Assembly: GCA_963693365.1 (NCBI GenBank)
Contig: CAVNZM010000009.1
Span: 7,545,408-7,609,407 of the forward strand
DNA from: Amoebidium appalachense
Lineage: Eukaryota; Protista; Ichthyosporea
Direction: 5' to 3'
DNA: 64,000 bases
The notes beneath the pieces were generated by a model. That model did no database searches, was not told where the DNA came from, and saw only the letters and a list, made by a program, of their open reading frames with translations. Positions 44,337 to 64,000 of the stretch are shown here, one piece after another (position 1 is the first letter of the stretch; the number at the start of each line of letters is the position of its first letter). A program made the translations under genes and the position numbers.

Positions 44337-45075
44337 CTACTCACGAATACGGAGGAGATAACGACTCCAATAATCATACACCCTAAACAACTCGTTAAAC
44401 ATACGGTGGTTTAACAGATAGTCAATAGAAGTAATACCAGGACTATCTAAGTAAGCTAGTCGAATTTCTAACGGAAGAATCTGAGATAAATAAATACAGT
44501 TATCTAGATGTTTGCGAGAGAAAGGTTCTGCACAAAAGTGACACAAACATTTATGGAAACTAAGGTTACAACGCCAAAACAAACATTTCCAAGCAATATC
44601 ACAAGAAGGGGTTAGAATTGCAAAACCGGCAAGTGTGGTAGGCTTACGAGAGGAAGGATGAATATAAGTAGCTAATTTACATAACGATTGTAGAGAAAAT
44701 AGACCGAGTCTCTAATATTAAAAGAAGCACAGGCTCAAAAGTCCTACCACGATACTCTTTATCACAACGATGAAGCAAAGGATATTGAGTATGCTCGGAA
44801 ACCAAGTAACATACTGCTGATAAATAGGGGAAGAGAAAAATAAAGGAGACAAATATTTAAAAGGATAGCTCTGAATGGGAGATAGATTGGGTACAGGACA
44901 TTTCGCACGAACATTAGAAATGGGAACAGGGTCTAAAGAAGGAAAGAATTGCAACAAAGGATGATAAGAAGGAAGCCTAACCGAATGAAAACAAAAGCGA
45001 AGGCCTAACTCATTCATACGCTGACTCGCCGGAGGGAGACCAAAAACACTCAGCAAAGGAGCCGCCAGAAGATGC
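44337..45075 (-). mobile_element. Degenerate non-LTR retrotransposon ORF2 C-terminal region
   Basis: FGLPPASQRMNELGLRFCFHSVRLPSYHPLL resembles the post-RT region of LINEs. It is followed by FWRCNLSFHKCLCHFCAEPFSRKHLDNC (CCHC-like finger), homologous to 8453-8701. Confidence 0.6.
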
Positions 45076-46179
45076 CTATTTCTGGATATCTAAGATTTAT
45101 TGGGGAAAAGGGCGAGCTCCATAATATGGAGCAAAACAAAAACACATGGAAGGGGTGGTGGTGAGCGGGTGGGTGCGTGGGTGGTTGTGGGGTAGGTTGT
45201 GGTACGTTTGTTCGTGGGTGTGGGAAAGGGAGGGGGCGGAGGGGGGAGGAGGGGGGGCGCCTCTGGAGGAGGGGGGAGGGGGGGAATTGGGGAAAAGGGA
45301 GGGGCGTCCCCCAGGGGGAGGGGGGGGGGGGGGGAGGAGCCAGAGCCATCAATATTTCCGGGGTTTTTTCCCTAGTGGATCACCCTGCAACACACGCTTA
45401 GTATTTCGATTCCAAAAAACTGTGAAGTAGTTTATTAGTAATCCTTGTGTACTAGCTGTGGTTTGAATATAATGGCAGCTTTTCAAATAGAATCTGAAAT
45501 TTCAAATTGTAAATATATCCAGTACATACGGTGCCAAACTCAATCAACATCGGTTGGTTCCTTCTCCCACAGGCTTGAAAACACATAAAAAAGAAATGCA
45601 GAGAGTATTTATCTCGAATCCTCCCGGGTAGCTGAACGATCCAGACGGTTTTAGTGCAAAGTACTACTTTTAATCAAGTGTTCCTGCCGCACTACCACAG
45701 TATACTTAGACTATAGCAGTACTTGAGTCTTATAACCCTATTACACACGATTCCATTGAGAGCCCCCCCCCCCCCCCCCCTCCCCCCCTCCCCCCCCCCT
45801 CCCCCCCCCTTCCCCCCCCCCCCCCCCCTTCCCCCGCCTTCCCTACCCCGCACCCGGCACGCGACACATAATTACATCTAACCACATTACCATTCTCCGG
45901 GAAGCCTTAGACCAAGTCTTACAACCACACAGACCTTTTTAATAAGTACTACAAATCAACAAATCTACCCACACACACACAAACACATATACACGGTACA
46001 CCGCCCTTGCTTGCAACCACACGGCAATTATATTAATAAAAAAAGGTGGGTTAAAATCGCACTGGTGCGCGGAAGCCGTATAATGTGTGCCATAAAAATA
46101 CACACCTTTAAGATCACACATTTTCATTGTCGCCGGGGAAAAGAAAACAGCAGAAGAGGCCACCGTGATATCCCACCAC

Positions 46180-51779
<5,600 letters not shown>

Positions 51780-52490
51780 GGTGATCCGCAAGAAATGACA
51801 GCCAGTGTATTTTGAAACCAGCTGAGGAGTGATCCAGAGTGAAGTGTACTGGGAGGTTGCAGGTGTTTATATACCCGAGTGTGCATGGGAGAAATGCAGC
51901 GTGATTTCTCAGGAGTGCAACGATAATACTGGCGGCTCGTGTGGGCCGGGTTGAAGACGACATGGCTAGAAATGACGCCAAAAAAGGCAAACAAAAATCG
52001 TGCATCATTTATAGCGCTAGAGTAATGCTTGATTTTTATGTGTATGTAATGCATAAATTATGATGATTTTGCAATTGAGGTTTTTTGTATGTACGATGAC
52101 TTAAACGTGGCCTGGGTGCGTACATGCTCCAGTACTACGGTTGAGCGAGCCTTTCTCTCTCTATCCCTCTCTCTCTCTCTCTCCCTCTCCCCCTCCCTCC
52201 CTCCCTCCCTCTCTCTCTCTCTCTCCCTCTCTCTGTCTCTCTCTTCTCTCTCTCTCTCTCCCCTCTAGATCCCCCCCCCCCCCCCCCCCCCCCCTCTACC
52301 CTCAGAGTCCCCGCACCCCCCCCCCCCCCCCAACCTCCTCTCTCTCTCTCTGTGTCTCTCTCTCGCCAGCTCTCCTCCCTCTTTCTCTCAATCTCAATCT
52401 CCCTCAATCCCCCCTCCCCCTCTTTGTGCATATCATCATGTCTTCTCTTCTTCTGCATATAGCGTGAGTCACTGTGTACACATGTGCCTG

Positions 52491-52543
<53 letters not shown>

Positions 52544-53050
52544 ACTGTGTGTTGATTACGCCACTGTACGCCATGTAATTGATGCACTAAGGGTTGCATG
52601 GAACAATTAATACTAATTCATCATCATAGCACACGCGGCGTGTGCAACAATACACGCAAACACCACACACACACCCGGCCCGTCACGCCCACCAATCCGC
52701 ACACAGACACATGTACGCACACCTGGGGGAAAACCGGGGGGGGGGGGGGGGGGGGGGGGTTGCGCAACCATGCATGGCCATGACAAGGGGGATTCGAATA
52801 CCATCTAATAGTTCTCTCTCCCATATCTGCTCCTGGCTCAGTTCAAATAAGATTCAATCCGTTAATAGACCTATTATTACATTTGTAGGTATATGCAGGC
52901 TCAATAGAAACCTGCATGCATGCAATATTCCCATAGCTTCAATACGATAAAGGCCACATAGGGTCGAACGGCACATTATGTATATCCCCATGTCATGACT
53001 GTTTATATAACTGACGGCAGTGAGGTGAGGACATATGCGCACGTGTGTGT

Positions 53051-53081
<31 letters not shown>

Positions 53082-53136
53082 GCTGAGGGGCGGGGGGGAG
53101 GGGGGAGGGAGGGAGGGAGGGAGGGAGGGATTTGGA

Positions 53137-53490
53137 AAAGAAAGACCAGGTCAGGACTTCCGCTATTGATACTCAAGACACGTAGCACATTATTTGGATA
53201 TTCGAATTTACAAAAACACTTCATGGTACAGAATTGGGCATGTCGGCCCACAATGCCCATTTCGAATTGCCAAATTAAAGGCAAAAAATACATTTTGCAA
53301 TAGTTGTGGTACTGGGATATTCCCAACGGAAACCGTGTAAAAAAAAAAGGGGGAAAAAAAAAAAACCCCGACTCTCCCTTCATCATGAAAAAGCATACAA
53401 CTGATAGCTGGGAGATCGAGAGCACATAGCACCAAACATGACCATATCTTCGTATTTTCATGCACACTACCCAGTTCACATACGCGAATA
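53137..53490. repeat. Dispersed repeat, copy of 43897-44260
   Basis: Colinear similarity as listed for 43897-44260. Confidence 0.75.
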
Positions 53491-53512
53491 TTCTGACTAT
53501 CTAAGAGTTTTG

Positions 53513-53550
<38 letters not shown>

Positions 53551-53818
53551 AGCAAAATGTACGAAAACACAACGCAATCTGCATTGATCCCCGCCCGATT
53601 TGCTAATGTTTACCATTCAGTGCCACTCGAAGTATCCCCCCCCCCCCCCCCCCCCCCCCCCCTCCCCCCGGACGCACAAAGACATATAGAGAGCCGATAG
53701 CACGAGTATAGCACGAATCCCCACGCCCCGGCTTCCACGAATCAACAACTAGAAGCATATATAAATGAAAGAATATCACAGGAACTAATATATCATGCCC
53801 ATACGGGGTGCATTACCA

Positions 53819-55952
53819 TCACTCTTTCCCCCCTACTGCCTCAGACCCCCCCTCTGCCGTTTTACCCTCCTCAACCATCTCCCAATCAGAATCGCCGCTC
53901 ACTTCTGGCGCCGCGCTTCCACCACTTCCACCACTCCCAGAAATCCCCTTTTCCCCTTCGTTTCCATATTTAGCAATCCTGCCTTCCTCCCCCACCGCTC
54001 CCCCCTCCTCCGCCTTGGGCAACTGCACCTTCACCCACTCCCCCTCCCTCACCTCTACAGTGCTACTACTCTCGCTATTTCTACGAGAACAATCCGTTCC
54101 GCTCTGCCCATCCATCGAAATTTCCCTATTCAAACCCCCCTTGTCCCCTTGCACACTAACCTCAGACCCCTCTTCTTCCTCCTTTTTCATCTCACCAACC
54201 CCAGTACCGGTGGTGGTTGACATTTCCTTCTCCCCATTTCCTTCAACACCCGTAATAGTTTCAGTAGCGGTGGGAGGGGGAATACTGTTTGCGGTAGGAG
54301 GAACAGTCTCCGCGCTTCCACCCCCTTGTTGTGTGTGCAACCCCTCTCCCTCTTTCCCCCCCTGCTCTTCTTCCTCTTCTTCCGCCAACCAAATTTGTCT
54401 TCGTTGGTAGCCGGTTTGATCAATGTCGGTGAGGATAGGGAGGGGGGGCGCCCCGTCCTCAAGGTCCTGTAAGGGGCGGGATAAATCGGTAAATTTGTAA
54501 TCAAAAAACCGGTTGGGTCAAAATGTTATGACAAAGGCCTATGTTGGGTGAGTTTATTTGTCTAAAGGAAATAAGAGTTTGGGTAAATCTGTGATGCAAA
54601 AAAGAAGAAATGAGAAACAGACGATTGAACGTAAAAACATCTGGTCAGGAAGTAATAAAGGAAGCGGGGCCGTTGGAAAACACCGCAAGGGGGGGGGGGG
54701 GGGGGGGGGGGGGGGAGAGAGAGAGAGAGAGGGGAAGGGGGGGGGGGAGGGGGGGGGGGGGAGAGAGAGGGGGGGGGGGAAGGGGGGGGGGAGGGGGATG
54801 AGAAAGGAAAGTAAGGGAAATGGGAGCCCCGGGGGAGGGGGGGGGGGGGGGGGGGGGGAAGGGGAAGAGACCGGGGGAAGAAAAGGAAATGGAAGGGAAG
54901 GGAAATGGAGAGAGAAGATAATATGTCCATGTGTGATACGTGTCCTCCCAAAAGGTCAAGTGTAGGCACGCGGGTGGAAAGAGGGGGGGGAGGGGGGAGG
55001 GGGGGCTCATGTGTAATTTCACAACGTTATGAAAGGGGGGGAGAGGGGGGGGGGGGCAGCAAAGAAACACACCTGGTGTCCGTACGTGTCTTCCACCTCT
55101 TTCGACACCACCTGCAGCCTCTCTGTGAGCTCAGCAATGTGCCGTTCTTTGTTCCGATTGGACGGGTAGATGCCTCCATCCGTAACAAGCGCAAACAGGC
55201 CTAGCACTGTGGGGAATTGGGCGTTTTTTAGCCTTATTTGGGAAAAATACAGGGATTTTAACACCTTTCCGGTCGTTTTTACTAAGTGAATGTACCATGT
55301 TTATTGATCTCGGGGGTGTTCCTAAATCATAATCTAATGCAACGTGTCTGAGTTCATATTACGACCCAGTGTAATTACGGTCATGTGATCCAATCAGAAT
55401 TGAGCGTTTGCGGGAAAAAAAGGTTGAGCACAATGAGCAGTGGTACTAAGCCGACACATTTGGTCCAATCAGAATTGAGGGTTTGCTTTTAAACAAACAA
55501 GCACTGAGCACACCCATTTGATTGGGCCATGTTTCCGGGGGAACGGGTGAGCAGAGGCGTTTAAGCAAATCAAAATCGAAGTTACGTGTGAGCGTACATA
55601 ATCATTCAGGGCGATCTAAAATGGGAGTTTGAGGGGAGAATGGGTGAAAATTCAAGCGCAAAGACGGACTGGGGTTAGTCAAGACACTAAATATGGATCG
55701 AGACATTGTAAACAAAAACATTTCCTTTCCTTCTAGCCCATAGAGAAGGGGCGGCCGGAGTGGGTGAGGTGGGTTGGGGAGGGGGGGGGGGGGGGGGGGG
55801 GGAGAGAGAGGGGGAGGAGGTTTTTTTTTTTTTTTTTTTTTTGGGGGGGGGGGGGGGGGGAAGGGGGGGGGAGGGGGGGGGGGGAGGGAGAGGGTTGGTT
55901 GGTTACCTGATGGAACCTCGACTCCTTTTCCTCCAAAGAATGTAACCTGCAA

Positions 55953-55983
<31 letters not shown>

Positions 55984-56729
55984 AAATAGAAAATTGAACA
56001 AAAACCCATAATGGAATGTGCACTACAAGCACCACATACTTTCCTTTAAATTTCTGCTGATAAGGGGATTAAGTATCTGAAACGAGTATCAGTTCACATG
56101 CTGGGATTTTCTTTTCACTTGTTTGTATGTGCGTGTGTTCGGGAGGAGGGAGGATCGGGGTGGGTGGTGGGTGGGCTGGGCGGGCAGGCGGGTGGGTTGG
56201 GTGGTTGGGTGGGTGGGTGGGGGACAGGGGGGAGGGGGGAGGGGGCGGGGGTAGAATGCGCTACAGAGTACGAAGTACACACTCATGACGGACAACAAAA
56301 CGCAGAATTTCAAAGCACACCCCCGGGGGGGGGGGGGGGGGGGGGGAGGGGGGGAAAGAGAGGGGGGAGGGGGGGGGGGGGGGGGGGGGGGGGGCTTACC
56401 ATGTTGTGGCAGTCCCTGTAGAGGAATCGGAGAGCATTGTTGTGGGTTTTTTCGACGGACTGTCCAACGTCTATCACATAGACCGTCTTGTCCTGATAAC
56501 TGGGAGATATATCAGTGTGAGATATGACGAGATTTCACGGGAGATATATTAGTGTTAGATATGAAATTCTTGGAATATGTATTAGTGTTAGATATGATGG
56601 AATTTACCAAGAGGACAAGCAGGCCAGGACACTCTTCACAAAATCCGTCATGTCTGTTATGATGAATCGAATGCCAGATATGCCTATAGGTGTGGTGATC
56701 CAATAATGCATTTTTTCGGAAATTGGGAA

Positions 56730-56796
<67 letters not shown>

Positions 56797-56833
56797 GTGT
56801 TTTGGAGGGGGGGAACGGGGGCATGGTGTGTGT

Positions 56834-56864
<31 letters not shown>

Positions 56865-56987
56865 GGAGGTTGCATACAGCAGATTATATTCGCTGTAGTC
56901 CCCATGGACCAGTTGGCACTCAGTGAAGAGGGTGTGGAGGTACGAGATACACTGCAGGTAGGCAGAGCGTAGGCGACTGCTGCTGAG

Positions 56988-57082
<95 letters not shown>

Positions 57083-57178
57083 GGGGGGTAGGGGAGGGTG
57101 AGTGGGTGGGATATGTGTGTGTGTGTGTGTGTGTGTTTGGGGGGGGGGGGGGGGGAGTGGGGAGGGGGAGTGAGTGGG

Positions 57179-57262
<84 letters not shown>

Positions 57263-57355
57263 GGGGGTAGGGGAGGGTGAGTGGGTGGGATATGTGTGTG
57301 TGTGTGTGTGTGTGTTGGGGGGGGGGGGGGGGAGTGGGGAGGGGGAGTGAGTGGG

Positions 57356-57443
<88 letters not shown>

Positions 57444-58941
57444 ATGTGTGTGAGTGTTTTGTATTGAATGATAGTGGTGGTGGTGGAGAATGGGGGGGGG
57501 GGGGGGGGGGGGGGGGGGGTAAGCAGTTTAAGTGTTGCCCCGTAGAAAACAATACCAGTCTCAGGTTCACTCGAATCACAAAACTTGCGCCGAAAAAATC
57601 ACGCCATGAAATATGAAACAATTTAAAGATCGCCTGTTGGACATACCCCTCATATCCCACATTCCCCATGGCTCACCCTTGAAAGGGAGTTTCTTTAAGG
57701 GTTCCGTGTATGGTCAGACCCGCATGGTTTTAAGCCATACGTATGGATTGGTGTGACGTGCACCTACTTCAACCAAAATAGCCAATACATTTGCCCCAAA
57801 AGAAATTTAATTTTTTTTAAAAAAATAAAAACACCCGAAATGCGGTGCAAGACATTTTATGCTTGAAAAAGAGGGGGAGGGGAGGGGAGGAAAAGAGGGG
57901 GGAGAAGGAGGAGGGGGGAGGGGGTGAGTTAAGAAGGGGAAGTGGGAGGGGGAGGGCGGGGGAGACAGAGAGGGGGAAGGAGGAGAGGGGGGGGGTGGGG
58001 GAGGCTAACCTCTGCCTCTCGAAGTTGGGGGGCTGGTACGTGGTCCTTGCCTGTTTTTGTGTGTGTGTGCAATGTGTGTGTGTGTGCGCGCATGTGTGGC
58101 GGGGGGGGGGGGGGGGGGGGGGGGGGGGAAGGGGGTTTGCTCAGTTGCCCATGGTAATATGTCCGGGTTTCCCGAGTGACGAGTCTTCTACAATGCATGG
58201 CACAAACGTCACAATGACGTCATTGATACTTCATACCAACATCAGAGTATAATATGATCTTTGCCTAGGTGTGGTCCAACCCCCCCCCCCCAATTCTTTT
58301 TTATTATTTTTATTTTTTGAACTTGTGTTGGCCAGATAAAGAAAGCCATACAGAACACCGGTACAAGTGTTATTTAAAGAGCACTTAAACACCGCTCACC
58401 TATGAATGACATTGCCAGTATGTTGTTCTTCCTCACCACGGGCATGGGGCAGGGGATGCCGGCCCTCTGCATGCGGTGTAGGTTGGCATGCTCCTTTAAG
58501 GTCCAGGCACGAATCAGTTGCTTCGTGTTTGTCTTGGTGTTGCGTACGTAGTCTTTAAATCGGTAGTCATCTGTTTTTTTTGTTTTTTTTTTGTTTTTTT
58601 TGTGTGTGTGATGTGTGTGATGTGTGTGTTTGTGTGCGTGTGTGCGTGTGTGTGTATTGGAGGAAGGGGGGGGGGCAGGGGGAGGAGATGGATACAATGA
58701 AGTATTAGAGAATTTTCAGCCAGAAACAGAACAGGCAAAGTGGGAACAGCGAAAACGACACGGTTCCCCCCTTGCATTCTCCCTCCTCTTTTCCTTTAAA
58801 GATGCACATACATGCTTCCAAACCCTCCTCCCCCTTCTTCGAATCCCCCCCCCCCTCCCCCCCCCCCGCCGCTATCCTTCCAAGTCACGTCTACATACAC
58901 ATGCACACACACAGACAGACACACGCACGAGAGCGCGCGCG

Positions 58942-59004
<63 letters not shown>

Positions 59005-59737
59005 TTGATGTACTCGTGCCTGTTCTTGAATTCGTTGAGTGTCATCTTGAAGATCTTGATAGCAAACTCTGGCACCTCCGTCTCACTGCACAAACCCAAC
59101 CAATCAGATTGCCTGAATCATCACTGCATCACTAATTTCGACCAATCAATTGACTTTAATCCCTCGTGTCTCATACTTTCATAAACCTAACCTCTGCCTG
59201 CATGCCAAATTGCATTTACCCCCCCCCCCCTCCCCCCCCCCCGGCCCCCCCCCTCAAACAAACCACCGGGAGAGGGCAAAGTGTGCCTTTCTCCCTGCCT
59301 CCCTCTCTGTCCCTTCCACCTCTCCTTCCAACCCCCCCCCTCCCCTCCCCCCCCCCCCCCTCCCCCCGCCCTCTTCCCTCCGGCAACCCCCGGCACCCTC
59401 CCTATCCCCCCCCCCCCCCCCCCCCCCCCAACCTCCCCCCTTTGGTTTCGTATTTCTTGACCGTCTCCTTTATTTCATTTTGGAAATGCCCATGCAGTGT
59501 ATGTGATGTGTAGAGAGAGAGAGGGGGGAAGGGGGAGGGGGGGGGGGGGGGGTGACAGAACCTTCCCCCGCATGCATGCAGTACATTTGCCTCTTTGCCC
59601 GTGCTGATAATCCCCGTCACCTGCATGACATTTGGCCAATCAGCGGTGTTACAACGCACCACAGGCTACCCACAAATACGTTTCTGGCCACAGACGTACT
59701 CAGCCCCCCTCCCCCCCTCCCCCAACACACACACACG

Positions 59738-59772
<35 letters not shown>

Positions 59773-60036
59773 GGGCTGCCGTGTCTTGCCAAGGAAAGGA
59801 CTATTCCCTCCCCCCTCCCCCCCGGTCCCCCCCCCCCCCCCCCCCCCCCCCTCCCCCCCCGCCCTACGGCCCCGTTTTTTAGTTTTGACCTTAGCTCCAC
59901 GGCTGCTCTCAACACCCACCAGCCATCTGCTTTGTGTTTTTTAATTATTTTCTATTTTATATTAGAAATATGTATTGTGTTGAGACGAGCATTTGGAATT
60001 TGAGTTAACAGAGAAAACTCCTTTTTGCCCTTCTTT

Positions 60037-60074
<38 letters not shown>

Positions 60075-61636
60075 TGGGTGGAATTTTTCGAAAAATGTAT
60101 GGGTGTGTGTGTGCGCGTGCGCGCGCGTGTGCGCGTGCATGTGTACAATGGCAGCGATAGGGAAGGGAAGAGGCGGAGGGAGGGGGGGGGGGGGGGGGGG
60201 GGGAGGGGATTGAGAAGAGCGGGGAGGGGGGAGGGGGGGGGGGGGGTTGCAAACAGACCTCCGAGATTAGCCCCCAGTTAACCATCTTTTGAATGGCAAG
60301 GCGGGTCTTGGGGTCAAACACCTCTGCAAAACCACACAGAATTATTCAAAGGTCGGTATTTCAATTGCTCCCCCTCCTCCCCCCCCCCCCCCCCCCCCCC
60401 CCACACACACACACCCTCTTCCTGATCCAATCATCCCCCCCCCCCCCTTCTTCTTCCCCCTCCCCCCTCCGAGGGCATAAACCCCACTTATTCTATCTCC
60501 TGTTTCCTTTAACCCATATTGCACATGCAGGGGAATCATTGCACACCCCATGTAACCAACACGAAAAAAAACCGATTCTTGACCACCTGTGGACCCCCGC
60601 AACGAGTAACCTTTTTTTTTTTTTTTTTTTTTGCTTTTGGGGGGAGGGGGGGGGGGGGGGGGAAGGGGAAGGAGGGCGAGGGAGGGAGGGGGGAGGATGC
60701 ATTGGTTGAGTGTGGGGTGGGATTCAAAATAGGGTTATTAGGGTTTTAGGGCTTTGAAGGCCAAGCTATGCTGATTCCTCAGTAAAGGCGGAAAAACAAA
60801 GCCGGGCAAACCCCCCCCCCCCCCCCCCCCCCACCCAAAAAAAAAAAAGAGGCGGGTAGGCAGGCTAGAGAGTGGTTGGGTGGGCGGGCAGGCAGGCGCC
60901 CAGAGGGGGGGATTTACGGTCATGGACTGCTCTGTCCTCTTTTCCTTTAACACGTGCCTCCCTCCCCACCAAGCGGTGGGAGGACTCTCTCAGATCGTTA
61001 AAGGCTTGTGGGGCTATGCGGAACTCATTCTTTGATACGGAGCCCATGTCGATGCCACGAAGCTGCAAAAAAGGAATATATATAAGATTTATATTTACTT
61101 ATATAAGTATCTATTTATATATACGTATATACTTGTATTTACATTTACTTGGATATTTGGGATTTCTATCTATTTGGTTTTTTCCGATTCATATCTACCT
61201 ACGTATTAATATTTGTATACTTATATATTTATATTTATATCTATATTTACAATTACGTTTTTACTGATGAAAGTTCTTAATGGACATATATGGTTAGTTG
61301 AGAATAACTCTGCGTAAACCACAGGCACGAGAGCAACCCCCCCCCCCCCCCCTCCCCTGCCCAAACCCACCCACACACATGCACGCGTGCACACTCGCGT
61401 GCGCGCCTAGTGCCCACCCACACACATGGTAAGTGTTGAACCTCATCATTGAACTATATATGGCAATAGGCAAACCTAATATGGGAATATCCTTGTGGCA
61501 TATAAGGGGTATACGGGGAGAGGGGGGGGGGGGGGGGAGTGAGAGCACGGCGGAGGTTTTTTTGGGGCGCGGGGGGGGGGGGGGGGGGGATTTGCTTGTG
61601 TACGTGTCACTTTCTTTGTTCTCCTTATAGTAATGT

Positions 61637-61707
<71 letters not shown>

Positions 61708-62584
61708 CGCGCATGTGCGCGTGTGCGTGCGTATGTTTGTGTTTGTGTGTGTGTGACGAGTATAGGATGCTATGAATAGTTACGGCTTCCATCCTCTGCG
61801 TGTTTCGTTTTGCAGCTGCCTCAGTGTCGTGTTTGGTCACCAGCCGACCATCCCCCAGTCGTACTATCTGCACACACCCATATATGGTTAGAGATGAACC
61901 ATATAAGGTTAGAAATGAACCATATCGACACGAACCATATATGGCTAAAAATGAAACATATATGGTTAGAACCGAACCATATATGGTAGACACACACAAA
62001 ATCATGCACGACACACACACACACACACACACACACACTGGCACGCCTGACTCCCCCCGCCCCCCCCCCCCCCCCCCCCCCCCCCCACGCACACACACAC
62101 ACCCTCCCTCCCGTGCGCGTGCGCGGGAAGAAAAAAAAAAAAAAGGAAAAAAGAAAAAAAAAAGAGTGGAGAGAGGAAAAAAACAAGTGCACACAACACA
62201 CACACACACACACACACACACAGAGAGAGAGAAAGACACACACGTACACATGTGCTCGCGCGCGCGTGCACGTACACACACACACACAGACACACACACA
62301 CACACACACACCTGTGTGCCCCTTGGTGTGTAGTCCCAGTCATCATCCCCCTCTTCCTCCTCCTCATCTTCATAGTCATCCTGCTCCCTCTCCTGTCCCC
62401 ACTGCACCACAAATTTATAACGTCAGTGATTGATAGAAAAATGAGGCTATTTTTTGAACAAATAAATCATATGCAGAATTGGCAACTGGCCAATCACCAT
62501 CGAACATTAGTTAATTTGCAAGTTATCATAAGCAGACGTCAGCGCAGATGCAACCAGCAGAAACCCATTCGGAGCATGGGGCTC

Positions 62585-62615
<31 letters not shown>

Positions 62616-62625
62616 GCCTCTCAAG

Positions 62626-62662
<37 letters not shown>

Positions 62663-63165
62663 CTCCCTTTTTCAGTCTACCAGAAAAAAAAGAAAAAGAT
62701 CCGATCCATAGGCTCAGGGAAAGCAAAACTGGATAGGTGTTTATAGTTGTTGCAGGTGTGGGCTTTTGACTACAAAACAAAACAAAAATAAACCAAACCA
62801 AACCAAAAAAAAAAAAAAAAAAAAAAAAAAGGGAAAAAAAAATGTTGGCGGTCCATATTGCATGATGGTCGGGTGGGCTTCTCGTTGTCCTTTCTTTTTT
62901 TTCTTCTTTTTTCTTTATCCTTTATCCCTCTCCTTTGTAATCCCCCCCCCCCCCCCCCCTTTTTTTTTTCTATTCTTTTCTCTCCATCCCCCCTACTTTC
63001 CTCTTCTCCTAGTGCTCGTGTATCAGGGTGGGTGGGTGTGTGTATGTGTTCAGGGGGGGGGGGGGGGGGGGGGGGGCGCGTTAGATAAAAAGGTGAATAA
63101 AAAACAAGAGCCAGAACACAAACATAAAATTGCCGTGGGGCAAAACGAAGTGGGCATCTCGGCGG

Positions 63166-63207
<42 letters not shown>

Positions 63208-63262
63208 CGGGGAGCAACCTGTTGTTGTGAAGGCAGTCTGTAGTTTGCCATCGACACCCCAA
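53819..63262 (-). CDS. RIOK3: RIO kinase 3-like atypical protein kinase, 5'-partial
   Basis: Exons 63262-63219, 62401-62312, 61867-61784, 61062-60918, 60323-60259, 59620-59562, 59085-59003, 58570-58400, 58050-58010, 56987-56878, 56499-56400, 55946-55907, 55200-55073 and 54466-53819. Motifs [42 protein letters not shown] and IDVGQSVE, plus RIOK3-type N-terminal motifs VSMANYR and LVTKHD....RN..RME. Confidence 0.88.
61878..61990. repeat. About 21-bp minisatellite (ACCATATATGGTTAGAAATGA), about 5 copies, next to a RIOK3 3' splice site
   Basis: Direct reading. Confidence 0.8.
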
Positions 63263-63309
63263 CTGCATGTGAGAATAAGTATATGAATAAATGGGCATAT
63301 ACCCCTCCC

Positions 63310-63373
<64 letters not shown>

Positions 63374-63510
63374 GAAAAAAAAGAAATTTATTGGAATGAT
63401 TGTTGTGTGAAGAGTGGAAAAGGTGTCTGTGCGTGTGTTTTTGCGTTTGTTTTGATTCACATTTTTCGGTTGGTGTGTGTGTTTGTGCTTTAAGGGAGTG
63501 GGGGCTATTG

Positions 63511-63545
<35 letters not shown>

Positions 63546-63871
63546 AGGCGCAACTGGAACACCAGACTTTGAAGATTGGGGGGGGGGGGGGGGGGGGGGA
63601 TGGGGGGTGGAGGGGGGGGGAGGGGAAAGAGGAATTTGGGCTTGTGGAAAGAGGGGAAGGAGAAGGGGTGCAGAGAAAAGATGTGTGTATGTGTGGGGGG
63701 GGGGGGGGGGGGGAGGGAGGGAGGGGGAGGGAGAGTGAGAGGGAGAGACAGCACGCGTGCGAGAGAGAGAGGGGAGAGTGAAGGGGGGGGAGGGGGGAGA
63801 CCGAGAAAGAGGGGGGGGGGGGGGGGGGGGGGAGGGAGAGAGGGAGAGAGGGAGAGGGGGAGCGAGGGAGG

Positions 63872-63959
<88 letters not shown>

Positions 63960-64000
63960 GTGTACGTGTACGTGTATGTGTATGTGTATGTGTATGTGTA

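Noticed and set aside
60730-60752. TTAGGG-like words
   Set aside because: Only 2-3 degenerate units; not an interstitial telomeric array.

Overview
This is eukaryotic genomic DNA with GT-AG introns packed with (CA/TG)n, (GA)n and poly-C/G tracts, so most ORFs in the supplied track are microsatellite artefacts. A RIOK3-type kinase and a TRF1/2-type gene suggest an animal-related (holozoan) lineage, possibly unicellular; this is inference. Splicing the sequence by hand gives seven genes: (1) a secreted Pmp-like FxxN/GGA[ILV] beta-helix repeat protein (-); (2) an intronless bacterial-type cupin (+); (3) a 10-exon telomere repeat-binding factor with a TRFH-like region and a C-terminal telobox Myb domain (+), which the ORF track does not show; (4) and (5) two Mx/dynamin-like GTPase paralogs in convergent orientation, one interrupted by a solo LTR and one intact; (6) CDK7 (-), lying between them; (7) a 5'-partial RIOK3 (-). 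Mobile DNA includes a non-autonomous hAT element with an 8-bp TSD nested in an older TIR element, several MITEs and LINE remnants. The most unusual signals are an intronic repeat family whose ~10 copies all lie in host-sense orientation, 3' splice sites preceded by (CA)n or A-runs instead of polypyrimidine tracts, and partial exon copies ('echoes') in neighbouring introns. All gene models and family assignments come from manual reading and motif recall, not from database searches.
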